Notes: generated by a model not told the origin, from the letters alone. A stretch of DNA of 32,000 nucleotides from Candidatus Saccharimonadota bacterium (GCF_023585745.1 NZ_CP097762.1:660001-692000); one strand, 5' to 3'; shown: positions 1 through 9,819, counted from the first letter of the stretch. A program made the numbers and translations.

Positions 1-645
1 ACTGGAAAAACTTTATATTTATTAGAAAAACAATTAAATTTATTGTCTAAAGGAGATTTGTTATTAATAACATCACAGCAAGCTATTAATTATGCTCATC
101 GTCGATTAATTGATATTAGAAAATCTTGGCCTATTGGATTAATATATTGCGCAATTGGTAGGTCAACCAGTAAAAAAATGCATAATTTGTCAGGAATATT
201 AGCGAAATATCCTATAGACGAAGAAACTAGTGAATGTTTGTTGCAATCGCCTGAATTAATGCATATTAATGGCAAGCGTGTTTTGATTTTACGAGGTAAT
301 AATGGTCGTACTATTTTAGATGATGTTTTAAGACAAAGAGGCGCAATGGTTTTATCTTGTGAATGTTATAGCAGGAACTTATTAAAGTATGATGGGTTGG
401 AACAGTGTCTCAATTTATTAAGATTAAATATTGAAATATTAGTTATTACGTCTGGGGTAGTATTGGAGCAATTATATTATTTGATTCCTAAGTTTTATCG
501 AATAGGTTGGTTAATACGGTGCAAATTAGTGGTAGTAAGTATGCGTTTAGCAAGTGTAGCACGAAATTTAGGGTGGACGGATATTATTATCGCAAAATCT
601 GCGGATAATAATTCTTTAATTCAAGTTTTGGTTGAAGAATTGTAA
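1..645 (+). CDS. hemD: uroporphyrinogen-III synthase, 5' end cut by the window edge
   Basis: Frame 1 is open from base 1 (TGKTLYLLEKQLNLLSKGDL...), so the ORF-track TTG at 43 is internal. The translation is collinear with the C-terminal ~215 aa of E. coli HemD (ILRGNNGR, CECY, LVVVS.RLA..AR.LGW.DI). Stop TAA at 643-645. It is convergent with the proM-type tRNA, as in E. coli. Confidence 0.9.
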   Translation, partial: TGKTLYLLEKQLNLLSKGDLLLITSQQAINYAHRRLIDIRKSWPIGLIYCAIGRSTSKKMHNLSGILAKYPIDEETSECLLQSPELMHINGKRVLILRGNNGRTILDDVLRQRGAMVLSCECYSRNLLKYDGLEQCLNLLRLNIEILVITSGVVLEQLYYLIPKFYRIGWLIRCKLVVVSMRLASVARNLGWTDIIIAKSADNNSLIQVLVEEL

Positions 646-725
646 AATATTAAAAATGTAATTTATTAATTTATATATAACTAGAGGTGGATATATATGA
701 AAGTTTGGAATGAATACATACGTTT

Positions 726-799
726 TCGGCGAGAGAGGATTTGAACCTCCGACCTCCTGGTCCCAAACCAGGAGCGCTACCAAACTGCGCTACTCGCCG
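726..799 (-). tRNA. proM: tRNA-Pro (anticodon UGG)
   Basis: GC-rich island. The reverse complement cggcgagtagcgcag...cctgg-ttTGGga-ccagg...ggttcaaatcc...ctcgccga is a cloverleaf nearly identical to E. coli proM. It is the last gene of an Arg-His-Leu-Pro cluster. The discriminator is followed by aaa, so no CCA is encoded. Confidence 0.95.
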
Positions 800-934
800 A
801 GTTATTATATATGGTGTATATATATACAAATTTTTAATTACTTTGATATTTTAAAAGAAAAAATAATTTCTAAATATCTTATCGTGAGATAAGTAGCATA
901 CATATACTTTGCATCATATCTTAATGTAATATTT

Positions 935-1023
935 TGCGAAGGGAGAGGGTTGAACTCTCATATCTTGTGTAAAGATCCTAACTCCTGAAGCTAGTGCGTT
1001 TACCATAATTTCGCCACCTTCGC
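935..1023 (-). tRNA. leuT: tRNA-Leu (anticodon CAG), long variable arm
   Basis: The reverse complement is gcgaaggtggcga...ctagc-ttCAGga-gttag, then variable stem atctt/aagat, T arm gagag-ttcaacc-ctctc and acceptor ccttcgc+a. It resembles E. coli leuT. No encoded CCA (aaa follows). Confidence 0.93.
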
Positions 1024-1084
1024 ATTTTATATATTTATTAGTTCTTTATATTTATATAGATAGTGATAATAATATAATTAACTG

Positions 1085-1158
1085 GGTGATTGATGGGACT
1101 CGAACCCATGACGACTGGAACCACAATCCAGAGCTCTACCATCTGAGCTACAATCACC
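1085..1158 (-). tRNA. hisR: tRNA-His (anticodon GUG) with encoded G-1
   Basis: The reverse complement is g-gtgattgtagctcag...ctgga-ttGTGgt-tccag...gggttcgagtccc...caatcac-c. The extra 5' G pairs with C73, which is typical of tRNA-His. It is followed by cag, not cca. Confidence 0.95.
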
Positions 1159-1253
1159 GTAATTTTAATATTAGCATATATATTATATCAGTTTTGTTTT
1201 ATATATGTATTGTATATTATGCATAGTGTTTTATAGAAATTTGAAAAATCAAA

Positions 1254-1327
1254 TGCGTCCGACAGGATTTGAACCTGAAACCTTTGCCTCCGGAGGGCAA
1301 AGCTCTATCCTATTGAGCTACGGACGC
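1254..1327 (-). tRNA. argX: tRNA-Arg (anticodon CCG)
   Basis: The reverse complement is gcgtccgtagctcaa...ttgcc-ctCCGga-ggcaa...aggttcaaatcct...cggacgc-a. It is the first gene of the argX-hisR-leuT-proM-like cluster. No encoded CCA (ttt follows). Confidence 0.95.
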
Positions 1328-1371
1328 GGTTAATAATTAAATATGTTATTTAAATTAATCTAAAGTACAAG

Positions 1372-1398
1372 TGTAATTGTAATAATATTACAATTACA
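1372..1398. repeat. 27-nt perfect palindrome (13-bp arms, 1-nt centre) between the rho stop and the 5' end of tRNA-Arg
   Basis: tgtaattgtaata-a-tattacaattaca. Every one of the 13 arm positions was checked as complementary. It lies 45-71 nt upstream of the first tRNA of the cluster. Confidence 0.8.
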
Positions 1399-1495
1399 TA
1401 AAACATAATTAATATCTTTAATATTAGAACAGTATTCTATAAATATAGAATTAAAAGTATATAATATTTTCGCTATTTTAAAATTTAATTAAGGC

Positions 1496-1539
1496 AACAA
1501 AATAGTATAAACCAATAATATTCATTGTTATTGGTTTAT
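1496..1539 (-). terminator. candidate intrinsic terminator downstream of rho
   Basis: On the minus strand: ataaaccaataa-caatgaata-ttattggtttat (12-bp perfect stem, 9-nt loop), followed by actattttgtt. It lies about 140 nt after the rho stop. The stem is AT-rich, so stability is modest. Confidence 0.35.
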
Positions 1540-1680
1540 GTAATATTTAAATATTTAACGCATCTAATCATTGGTAGATGATATAAAATTGTGGTTATTT
1601 TTATTTTCTAAAACTATATATCTATAATAGATTTTATTTTTAGATTTTTATAAAGAACATAATTTAGTGTTTTAGTAAAA

Positions 1681-2940
1681 TTAACATCTTTTCATCATAT
1701 TGAAAAATTCGTCATTGGTTTTAGTCATAGATAATTTGTTCATCATAAATTCCATAGCGTCTATTTCGCTCATTGGATGAATAATTTTACGTAAGATCCA
1801 TATTTTTTGTAGTTCGTCTTGAGTTGTGAGTAGTTCTTCTTTTCTAGTGCCAGATCGGTTATAATCAATTGCTGGAAAAACACGTTTTTCAGCTATTTTT
1901 CGTGACAAATGCAATTCCATATTTCCAGTGCCTTTAAATTCTTCATAAATAACTTCGTCCATTTTTGATCCAGTATCAATTAACGCGGTTGCTATAATAG
2001 TAAGACTGCCTCCTTCTTCCATATTACGAGCGGCACCAAAAAAACGTTTTGGTCTATGTAACGCATTAGCGTCTACTCCACCTGTTAGTATCTTTCCAGA
2101 GGCAGGTACAATAGTATTATAAGCTCTGGCTAGTCTAGTTATAGAATCTAACAAAATAATAACATCTTTTTTGTGTTCTACTAATCTTTTTGCTTTTTCA
2201 ATGACCATTTCAGATACTTGTACATGACGAGATGCTGGTTCATCAAAAGTGGATGCAATCACTTCTCCATTTACTAAACGTTGCATTTCAGTTACTTCTT
2301 CTGGTCGTTCATCTATCAGCAACACTATTAAAACACAATCTGGATAATTATGACTAATACTTTGCGCTATATTTTGCAATAATATGGTTTTTCCGGCTTT
2401 AGGAGGAGCAACAATTAATCCTCTTTGCCCACGTCCTATAGGAGACGCTAAATCTAATACTCTTGCGGTTAGATCTTCAGTAGAACCATTGCCTCGTTCC
2501 ATGCGTAATCTTGAATTAGCATGCAGAGGTGTTAGATTTTCAAATAGAATCTTACTACGTGCATTTTCTGGTTTTTCGTAATTTACATCGTTAACTTTGA
2601 GTAAAGCAAAATAACGCTCTCCTTCTTTTGGAGGTCGGATTTTTCCAGAAATAGTATCTCCAGTGCGCAAGTTGAAACGTCTTATTTGACTGGGAGATAC
2701 GTAAATATCATCAGGTCCAGCAAGATAAGAACTATCGCTTGATCTAAGAAATCCAAATCCATCTTGTAAGATTTCTAAGACACCATCACCAAAGATGTCT
2801 TCTCCTGTTTTAGCATGTTGTTTAAAAATAGCAAAAATTATGTCTTGTTTACGCATACGCGCTAAGTTTTCTAACCCCATACTTTCTCCTAGATGGACTA
2901 GCTCAGAGACTGGTGTATTTTTTAATTTTGTAAGATTCAT
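1681..2940 (-). CDS. rho: transcription termination factor Rho
   Basis: 419 aa, the same length as E. coli Rho and very highly conserved. It has the N-terminal RNA-binding domain ([24 protein letters not shown]), Walker A (APPKAGKT) and [13 protein letters not shown]. Confidence 0.99.
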   Translation of the reverse strand: MNLTKLKNTPVSELVHLGESMGLENLARMRKQDIIFAIFKQHAKTGEDIFGDGVLEILQDGFGFLRSSDSSYLAGPDDIYVSPSQIRRFNLRTGDTISGKIRPPKEGERYFALLKVNDVNYEKPENARSKILFENLTPLHANSRLRMERGNGSTEDLTARVLDLASPIGRGQRGLIVAPPKAGKTILLQNIAQSISHNYPDCVLIVLLIDERPEEVTEMQRLVNGEVIASTFDEPASRHVQVSEMVIEKAKRLVEHKKDVIILLDSITRLARAYNTIVPASGKILTGGVDANALHRPKRFFGAARNMEEGGSLTIIATALIDTGSKMDEVIYEEFKGTGNMELHLSRKIAEKRVFPAIDYNRSGTRKEELLTTQDELQKIWILRKIIHPMSEIDAMEFMMNKLSMTKTNDEFFNMMKRC

Positions 2941-3240
2941 AATTACCGGATTCTTGAATTAGAAGTATATATCTGTCGATATCAAAGAGATATGTTTTAA
3001 AAATAAAATTTTATTTTAAAGTAAGACTATTAGTATTTATATTTTATATGTTTAGTTAAATACTAGTGTCAGGTATTTAATTATTAGAATGTTATTGAAA
3101 TAATTTAAAAATCTTCAATATTTAACAGTTAAATTAAATGTTTTTATTTTATGTATATATATTATATTTTAATTACAAAGCGTAAATATTTTATATATTT
3201 ATAAAATATTTTATTAAATTGAAAATGATATATTACATTC

Positions 3241-3258
3241 TACTGTAATATTACAGTA
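3241..3258. repeat. 18-nt perfect palindrome 45 nt downstream of the trxA stop (possible trxA 3' hairpin)
   Basis: tactgtaat|attacagta, 9-bp arms with no spacer. No clean U-tract follows on the minus strand. Confidence 0.6.
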
Positions 3259-3303
3259 ACGTCTACTAACATATGTAAGAATTTTAAAAATATAGACATA
3301 AAT

Positions 3304-3648
3304 TTATGATATATATTGTTGTAAAAATTCTTCTAATTCTTTTTGAGACAATAATCCTATTTTAGTAGATAAGACTGCGCCATGACACATCAGTAATAGT
3401 GTTGGGACACTACGTATATTATACTGTTTAGTAGTTATGGGATTTTCATCAATATTTAATTTTGCCACTTGTAATACATCACAAAATTTTTTTGCAATAT
3501 TTTCTAAAATAGGCAGCATTGCTTGACAAGGTTTGCACCATTCCGCCCAAAAATCAATGAGAAATGGATTATTTTTGGGAGCGTTAGAAATAGTTAACAC
3601 TTTTTTTTTAAAATTGGTATCAGTTAGATGAATAATGGTGTGATTCAT
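3304..3648 (-). CDS. trxA: thioredoxin 1 homologue with a non-canonical CKPC active site
   Basis: 114 aa, collinear with E. coli TrxA (IIHLTD, DFWAEWC.PC, VAKLNIDENP, PTLLL). Its position between ilvC and rho matches E. coli once rhlB, gppA, rep and ppiC are deleted. Confidence 0.95.
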   Translation of the reverse strand: MNHTIIHLTDTNFKKKVLTISNAPKNNPFLIDFWAEWCKPCQAMLPILENIAKKFCDVLQVAKLNIDENPITTKQYNIRSVPTLLLMCHGAVLSTKIGLLSQKELEEFLQQYIS

Positions 3649-3789
3649 TTTTTTCTCCTGAATATTAGTGAATTATTATTTATTAAATAATTTTATTAAT
3701 CGATATATATAATGTGTTGTGATAGCGTATTGTTATTGTTTTATAAAATCAACTAAATTTTAATTTTTAAAATTATGTATAATGAATGT

Positions 3790-3823
3790 TATACAGAAAT
3801 AAAATTTATTTTATTTCTGTATA
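3790..3823 (-). terminator. perfect 16-bp stem-loop overlapping the ilvC stop codon (terminator-like or mRNA 3' structure)
   Basis: tatacagaaataaaat-tt-attttatttctgtata. All 16 pairs were verified. On the mRNA the 5' arm contains the last three ilvC codons plus TAA. No strong U-run follows the 3' arm. Confidence 0.45.
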
Positions 3824-5295
3824 AATGAAAGGTTTTTCATATTTGTCATGTGATTTCTCAGTGTAACTCCAATTTTTTCTATTGTATGATTTCTAATGGA
3901 ATTATTAATATTACGTAATTTAATATTATCTATTTTTATATTTTTGTGCATTGTACCTATATCACCATCTTCTAAATTAGACATAAAATTTGTTTTTAAC
4001 AGTGGTACCGCAGTATTACAAAACAAATAATTACCGTATTCAGCAGTATCAGAAATTACTATGTTCATTTCATATAATCTTTTACGTGCTATAGTGTTTG
4101 CGATTAAAGGTAATTCATGCAATGACTCATAATATGCTGATTCTGCAGAGATTCCAGATTTTATCATAGTTTCGAAAGATAGTTCTACACTTGCTTTTAC
4201 TATAGCTACCATCAATACTCCATTATCAAAATACGTTTGTTCAGAAATATTTTGCTGAAATATTGGTGTTTGTTCTAAAGTTAGTTTATTAGTTTGTTCG
4301 CGCCATTCCAGCAATTGTGCATCATTATTATTCCAATCTGCAATCATATTTTTTGAAAATGTTCCATTAAGTATATTATTCATATGTTTTTCAAAGATGG
4401 GTTGTAGTATTTTTTTTAGTTCTTTAGATAGTATATGAGCTCTTATTTTAGCAGAATTAGACAATCGATCCATCATTAATGTAATTCCTCCTTGTTTTAA
4501 TGATTCAGTGATGACTTCCCAGCCATTTTGAATAAAGTTACTAGCATATTTATGATTTATCCCATGATTAGTCATGTGATCAAAACAAATAATTGATCCG
4601 GTCTGCAACATTCCGCATAAAACGGTTTGTTCTCCCATAAGATCTGATTTAACTTCTGCAATAAATGATGATTCTAATACTCCAGCTTTGTGACAACCCA
4701 GAGCAAAAGACCAAGCTTTTGCCAATGTTATTCCAGTGTTATACATATTGTTTTCTTCGTGTACGGCAATTAAAGCTGGTACTCCAAAGCCTTTTTGGTA
4801 TTCTTGACGCACTTCTGTGCCCGGGCATTTTGGCGCTACCATAATTACGGTAATATCTGGACGAATTTTCTTTCCAATTTCTACAATATGAAATCCATGA
4901 GAATAACCTAATGTAGCTCCATATTTTATTAAAGGTTCTATTTGTTGTATAACTGATGTATGGTTTTTGTCAGGTGTTAAATTAATAATAAGATCAGATT
5001 GTGGAATCATTTCATCGTAAGTTCCTACAGAAAAACCGTGTTGTTTTGCGCGCATCCAAGATTTGTTTTTATTAATTATAGAATCTTGTTTTAAAGCGTA
5101 TACAACATTTATACCAGAATCTCTCATATTTAAACCTTGATTTAAGCCTTGTGACCCGCAACCTACTATGGTTATTTTTTTAGATTGTAATGCTTGTATT
5201 CCATCTGAAAATTCGTGTTTTTCCATAAGTCGACATTTTTTTAAATGTTGTAATTTTTGCATAAAAGTAAGTGTATTGAAATAGTTGTTCATCAT
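3811..5295 (-). CDS. ilvC: ketol-acid reductoisomerase (class II, long form)
   Basis: 494 aa, collinear with E. coli IlvC ([77 protein letters not shown]). There are tandem ATGs at 5295 and 5292. Confidence 0.98.
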   Translation of the reverse strand: MMNNYFNTLTFMQKLQHLKKCRLMEKHEFSDGIQALQSKKITIVGCGSQGLNQGLNMRDSGINVVYALKQDSIINKNKSWMRAKQHGFSVGTYDEMIPQSDLIINLTPDKNHTSVIQQIEPLIKYGATLGYSHGFHIVEIGKKIRPDITVIMVAPKCPGTEVRQEYQKGFGVPALIAVHEENNMYNTGITLAKAWSFALGCHKAGVLESSFIAEVKSDLMGEQTVLCGMLQTGSIICFDHMTNHGINHKYASNFIQNGWEVITESLKQGGITLMMDRLSNSAKIRAHILSKELKKILQPIFEKHMNNILNGTFSKNMIADWNNNDAQLLEWREQTNKLTLEQTPIFQQNISEQTYFDNGVLMVAIVKASVELSFETMIKSGISAESAYYESLHELPLIANTIARKRLYEMNIVISDTAEYGNYLFCNTAVPLLKTNFMSNLEDGDIGTMHKNIKIDNIKLRNINNSIRNHTIEKIGVTLRNHMTNMKNLSFIQK

Positions 5296-5353
5296 AATGT
5301 ATGCCTTTAGTATAATTAATATTTGTATAGTTTATATAAAAATTATAGTGTAT

Positions 5354-6898
5354 TTATTTTAAAAATACTTTAAATATAGGATTTGTAGTAACGTCACGCC
5401 ATTCATATCCTAATTTGGATAAATGTTGAAAAAATTCTTCTTTTTTTTGATGAGATAGTTCAAATCCAGCTAGCACGTGTCCATAATCAGTTCCATAATT
5501 TCTGTAATGGAATAAAGAAATATTCCAATTTTTTCCTAAAGTATAAAGAAATTTGAGCAATGCACCTGGAGATTCTGGAAATTCAAAGCTAAAAATACGT
5601 TCTTGTAAGGGATGAAATAAACGTGCTTCTATCATATATCTAATATGTAATTTTGCTATTTCATTATTAGAAAGGTCTATTACTTTAAAACCATTAGTAA
5701 GTATTTTTTGTATTATTATATTTTTTTCGGAACTTCCATGTTTTAGACGTATTCCAATAAAAATACAGATATTTTTAGATCCGTTATAACGATAATTGAA
5801 TTCTGTTATAAAGCGCTTTCCTAATATTTTATAAAATTTTAAAAAACTACCTTTTTTTTCCGGTATAGTAATTGCTATAAGTGCTTCGCGTTGTTCTCCT
5901 AATTCGCAACGTTCTGAGATGTAACGTAATTCATGAAAATTTATATTGGCCCCAGAAAGAATGTGCGCTAATCGTTCTCCGTTTATTGCATATTTTTGAA
6001 TGTATTTTTTCATTCCAGCCAAAGCTAAAGCACCTGATGGCTCGGCAATAGCGCGTACATCTTCAAATAGATCTTTTATAGCAGCACAAATAGCATCATT
6101 ATCTACCGTAATTACATCATCTAAATATTTTTCGCACAAACGAAATGTTTCGTTACCTACACATCTTACAGCTACACCTTCTGCGAATAGACCAACTTTT
6201 TGTAAATGTACTGGCGTTCCAGCAGATAATGCAGCGCATAAAGATGCTGATTCTGTTGATTCGACGCCGATAACTTTTATATGTGGCATAAGATGTTTAA
6301 TGAGTACTGCTATACCTGCGGCTAACCCACCTCCACCAACTGGGACAAAAATACGATCTAAATGAGCATCTTGTTGCAAAAGTTCCATTGCTAGTGTTCC
6401 TTGTCCCGCAATTACTGTTGGATGGTCAAATGGTGGAATAAAAGTTAATTGATATTTTTTTGCTAAATACATAGCCTTAATTTTTGCTTCATCAAAATTT
6501 GTGCCACATAGTAGTGTTTTCCCTCCAAAACTATGTACAGCTTCTACTTTTATAGCAGCAGTATTAACAGGCATAACGATTAGAGATGTAATTCCTAGAT
6601 AAGCAGCAGAAAAAGCTACTCCTTGCGCATGGTTTCCAGCTGATGCTGTAATTATTCCAGAAGATTTTTGTGTTTCGTTAAGACTAGATATCATTGCATA
6701 AGCTCCGCGCAATTTGAAACTATGCACTGGTTGTCTGTCTTCACGTTTCACTAATACTGTGTTTTTAAGACGTTTGGATAGTTTATGCATAATTTCTAGT
6801 GGCGTAATTTGTGCCACTTCATATACGTGAGAACGTAAAGAAATTTTTAGATATTCCGCAGGACATGGGTTATGAATATATGATTGATATTTTGTCAT
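5354..6898 (-). CDS. ilvA: biosynthetic threonine deaminase (threonine ammonia-lyase)
   Basis: 514 aa. It has the PLP-lysine motif (HSFKLRGAY), the GGGGL loop, and the C-terminal regulatory half is retained. The start lies 9 nt after the ilvD stop. Confidence 0.97.
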   Translation of the reverse strand: MTKYQSYIHNPCPAEYLKISLRSHVYEVAQITPLEIMHKLSKRLKNTVLVKREDRQPVHSFKLRGAYAMISSLNETQKSSGIITASAGNHAQGVAFSAAYLGITSLIVMPVNTAAIKVEAVHSFGGKTLLCGTNFDEAKIKAMYLAKKYQLTFIPPFDHPTVIAGQGTLAMELLQQDAHLDRIFVPVGGGGLAAGIAVLIKHLMPHIKVIGVESTESASLCAALSAGTPVHLQKVGLFAEGVAVRCVGNETFRLCEKYLDDVITVDNDAICAAIKDLFEDVRAIAEPSGALALAGMKKYIQKYAINGERLAHILSGANINFHELRYISERCELGEQREALIAITIPEKKGSFLKFYKILGKRFITEFNYRYNGSKNICIFIGIRLKHGSSEKNIIIQKILTNGFKVIDLSNNEIAKLHIRYMIEARLFHPLQERIFSFEFPESPGALLKFLYTLGKNWNISLFHYRNYGTDYGHVLAGFELSHQKKEEFFQHLSKLGYEWRDVTTNPIFKVFLK

Positions 6899-6907
6899 TT
6901 ATGTATT

Positions 6908-8764
6908 TCATATTGATAATTTTGATTTATCACGTACAGCACCTTTGTCAGCACTTGTCACTAAATAAGCATACGCTCTTAAAGAAACAGATACATTTCT
7001 TGTTCTATTCAATGGAGTCCATGCTTTTAGTCCTCTTGAGATTTCTGTTTGATATCTTATTTTCAAGATATTTTCTGATACAGCTAATGTAATGCTGCGT
7101 GCATTTATATCAATATGAATAATATCTCCGTTATGTATCAGCGCGATTAATCCTCCATTAGCTGCTTCTGGCGATATATGTCCTATAGATAACCCGGATG
7201 TTCCACCTGAGAATCTTCCATCTGTTATTAACGCGCAACACGCATCTAGTTTCATAGATTTCAAAAAGGAGGTAGGGTATAGCATTTCTTGCATGCCAGG
7301 ACCGCCTTTTGGCCCTTCATATCTAATAACGATTATGTCGCCCGGGTATATCTTATGTGTCAATATGGCTTCTCCGGCCTCTTCTTGGCTATCATATACT
7401 TTAGCTGGCCCGCTGAATTTTTGAAGATCTTTACAGATTCCAGCTGTCTTGACAAGACAGCCATCTATAGCAATGTTTCCGTATAATACCGCTAAACCTC
7501 CATCTTGGCTATAAGCATATGTTTTAGAACGAATACAACCAAATTTTCTATCTGTATCTAATGAATTCCATCGATTTTTTTGAGAAAATGCTTGTGTAGT
7601 ACGTATACCGGCTGGAGCAGCTGCATACATATTTTTTGCTTTAAAATTTTTTTTATGTGTGGTAAGAATATCGTATTCTAATAAAGTCTCTACTAGAGAT
7701 TTATTTAAAATATTACGTGTATTTTCATGTAATAATTTGCAACGATATAGTTCGTTCAATATACCCATTACTCCTCCGGCTCTATGAAAATCTTCCATAT
7801 GGTATTGTGGAGTATTTGGGGCCACTTTACATAGATGTGGAATTTTTCTAGAGAGTCTATCGATATCAGCTATACTAAAATTTATTTCTCCTTCTTGCGC
7901 CGCTGCTAGAAGATGCAAAACAGTGTTAGTAGAACCACCCATCGCTATATCTAACATCATTGCGTTTTCAAAAGATGCTTTATTAGCAATACTTCTTGGA
8001 AGTACAGAATAGTCATTATTTTCATAAAAAGATTTAGCTAAATGAATAATATATTTTCCAGAATTTATAAATAATTTTTTTCGATCGATATGTGTCGCTA
8101 ATAAAGATCCATTACCGGGTTGTGCCAGTCCTAATGCTTCTGTTAAACAATTCATAGAATTTGCAGTAAACATTCCTGAGCAGGACCCACAAGTTGGACA
8201 TGCTGATTCTTCAATATTTTGTTGTTCTTTTTCAGATATGTTTGGATCAGCAGCATAAGTTATTGCATCAACTAAGTTTAGTTTAACGTTTTTGTTAAAT
8301 AATGTTGTTCTTCCAGATTCCATGGGTCCGCCTGAAACTAATATAGTTGGAATATTTAAACGTAATGCTGCCATTAACATGCCTGGTGTAATTTTATCGC
8401 AGTTAGAAATACATACCATGGCATCTACACAATGAGCATTTATCATGTATTCTACAGAATCAGCGATTAGTTCTCTTGATGGCAAGGAATACAGCATACC
8501 ACTATGGCCCATAGCAATTCCATCATCTATTGCGATAGTATTAAATTCTTTTGCAATACCTCCATGCATATGGATTTGTTCTGATACTATTGTTCCTACG
8601 TTGCGTAAATGTATATGTCCTGGGACAAATTGAGTAAATGAATTTACTACTGCTATAATCATTTTATTAAAGTCTTTATTTGTCATTCCAGTAGCTCGCC
8701 ATAGTGCTCTTGCTCCAGCCATATTTCTACCATATGTAGTTGTAGTAGAACGATATTTCGGCAT
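6908..8764 (-). CDS. ilvD: dihydroxy-acid dehydratase
   Basis: 618 aa. Contains MPKYRS...[33 protein letters not shown], and [25 protein letters not shown]. Ends in TGA at the expected length. Confidence 0.99.
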   Translation of the reverse strand: MPKYRSTTTTYGRNMAGARALWRATGMTNKDFNKMIIAVVNSFTQFVPGHIHLRNVGTIVSEQIHMHGGIAKEFNTIAIDDGIAMGHSGMLYSLPSRELIADSVEYMINAHCVDAMVCISNCDKITPGMLMAALRLNIPTILVSGGPMESGRTTLFNKNVKLNLVDAITYAADPNISEKEQQNIEESACPTCGSCSGMFTANSMNCLTEALGLAQPGNGSLLATHIDRKKLFINSGKYIIHLAKSFYENNDYSVLPRSIANKASFENAMMLDIAMGGSTNTVLHLLAAAQEGEINFSIADIDRLSRKIPHLCKVAPNTPQYHMEDFHRAGGVMGILNELYRCKLLHENTRNILNKSLVETLLEYDILTTHKKNFKAKNMYAAAPAGIRTTQAFSQKNRWNSLDTDRKFGCIRSKTYAYSQDGGLAVLYGNIAIDGCLVKTAGICKDLQKFSGPAKVYDSQEEAGEAILTHKIYPGDIIVIRYEGPKGGPGMQEMLYPTSFLKSMKLDACCALITDGRFSGGTSGLSIGHISPEAANGGLIALIHNGDIIHIDINARSITLAVSENILKIRYQTEISRGLKAWTPLNRTRNVSVSLRAYAYLVTSADKGAVRDKSKLSI

Positions 8765-8844
8765 AATATTAAACCCTCAGTTTTTACTATTTTAAAAATA
8801 TTAATTTTTGAAGTATCATGGATAATTTAAAATAAGTTATATTT

Positions 8845-9765
8845 TTATATAGGATCTAACCAATTCCATTTATCTTCAGTTTTTCCGGTAAATAAATTAA
8901 AAAATAGATTTTGTAGTATTGTAGTAATAGGGCCTCGTATACCTGAACCAATTTGAATTTTATCTATACTACGGATTGGCGTTATTTCAACAGCGGTTCC
9001 GGATATAAATGCTTCATCAGCTATGTATAGAGATTCTCTGGATAATATTTGTTCTTTTATTTCTAAACCGGCATATATTGCCAATTTAATAATAGTATCT
9101 CGTGTTATTCCAGGTAGAATAGAAGATTCATAAGGGGGGGTTAGTATAATATTGTTTTTAACTATAAATAAGTTTTCTCCTGCGCCTTCTGCAACATGAC
9201 CGTGTATATCTAATCCTATTCCTTCTTGATATCCATAACGATGTGCTTCGTTGCTAATTAACATAGATGACAAATAATTCCCTCCAGCTTTAGCTAAGTT
9301 AGGAATAGTATTCGCAGGGACTCTTCTCCAAGAGGAGATCATGACATCTATACCTTTTTTTAAGGAATCAGCACCTAAATAAGATGACCATAAGAATGTT
9401 GCTATCGCAACATTAGCGGTATAATCAAGTATTGGGTCAATTTCTAATCCTATATCTCCAATAAATGCGATAGGACGTATATATGCATTAGTTAAGTTAT
9501 TTTTTTGTATGATAGTTTTGCAAGCTTGCATTAGAGCGTTGATATTCCAGGGAATAGGTATTCGGTAGATTTTGGCAGAATTGTGTAATCTTTGCATATG
9601 TTCACGGTGACGAAATATCACTGGTCCTTTATGTGAGCTATTATAACATCGAATTCCTTCAAATACTGATGATCCATAATGTAGTGCATGAGACATGACG
9701 TGTATTGTGGCTTTTTTCCAAGGAATTACTTGTCCGTTGAACCAAATAAAATCGGCTTTATTCAT
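8845..9765 (-). CDS. ilvE: branched-chain amino-acid aminotransferase
   Basis: 306 aa, a class IV aminotransferase collinear with E. coli IlvE (IWFNG, HALHYGSSVFEGIRCY, YIRP, AKAGGNYLSS, EGAGENLF, TPP...LPGITR). Confidence 0.97.
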   Translation of the reverse strand: MNKADFIWFNGQVIPWKKATIHVMSHALHYGSSVFEGIRCYNSSHKGPVIFRHREHMQRLHNSAKIYRIPIPWNINALMQACKTIIQKNNLTNAYIRPIAFIGDIGLEIDPILDYTANVAIATFLWSSYLGADSLKKGIDVMISSWRRVPANTIPNLAKAGGNYLSSMLISNEAHRYGYQEGIGLDIHGHVAEGAGENLFIVKNNIILTPPYESSILPGITRDTIIKLAIYAGLEIKEQILSRESLYIADEAFISGTAVEITPIRSIDKIQIGSGIRGPITTILQNLFFNLFTGKTEDKWNWLDPI

Positions 9766-9819
9766 TGTATACCTTGTGTCTAATATTAGAAATTTTCATA
9801 GATTTTATTATTATAGAAT

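Noticed and set aside
710-892. 60-aa ORF on the plus strand
   Set aside because: It runs antisense across tRNA-Pro (726-799). Its only non-AT-biased segment is the tRNA complement, so it is an artefact.
6000-6365. 121-aa antisense ORF inside ilvA, and similar shadow ORFs at 2384-2581, 6811-7092, 7289-7486, 8445-8633, 15115-15312, 15523-15855, 21821-22051, 22124-22336, 23694-23882, 24268-24531, 26440-26631, 27031-27237 and 30459-30641
   Set aside because: All lie inside, or overlap, well-supported conserved genes on the opposite strand or in another frame. They are shadow ORFs in the relatively GC-richer coding DNA.
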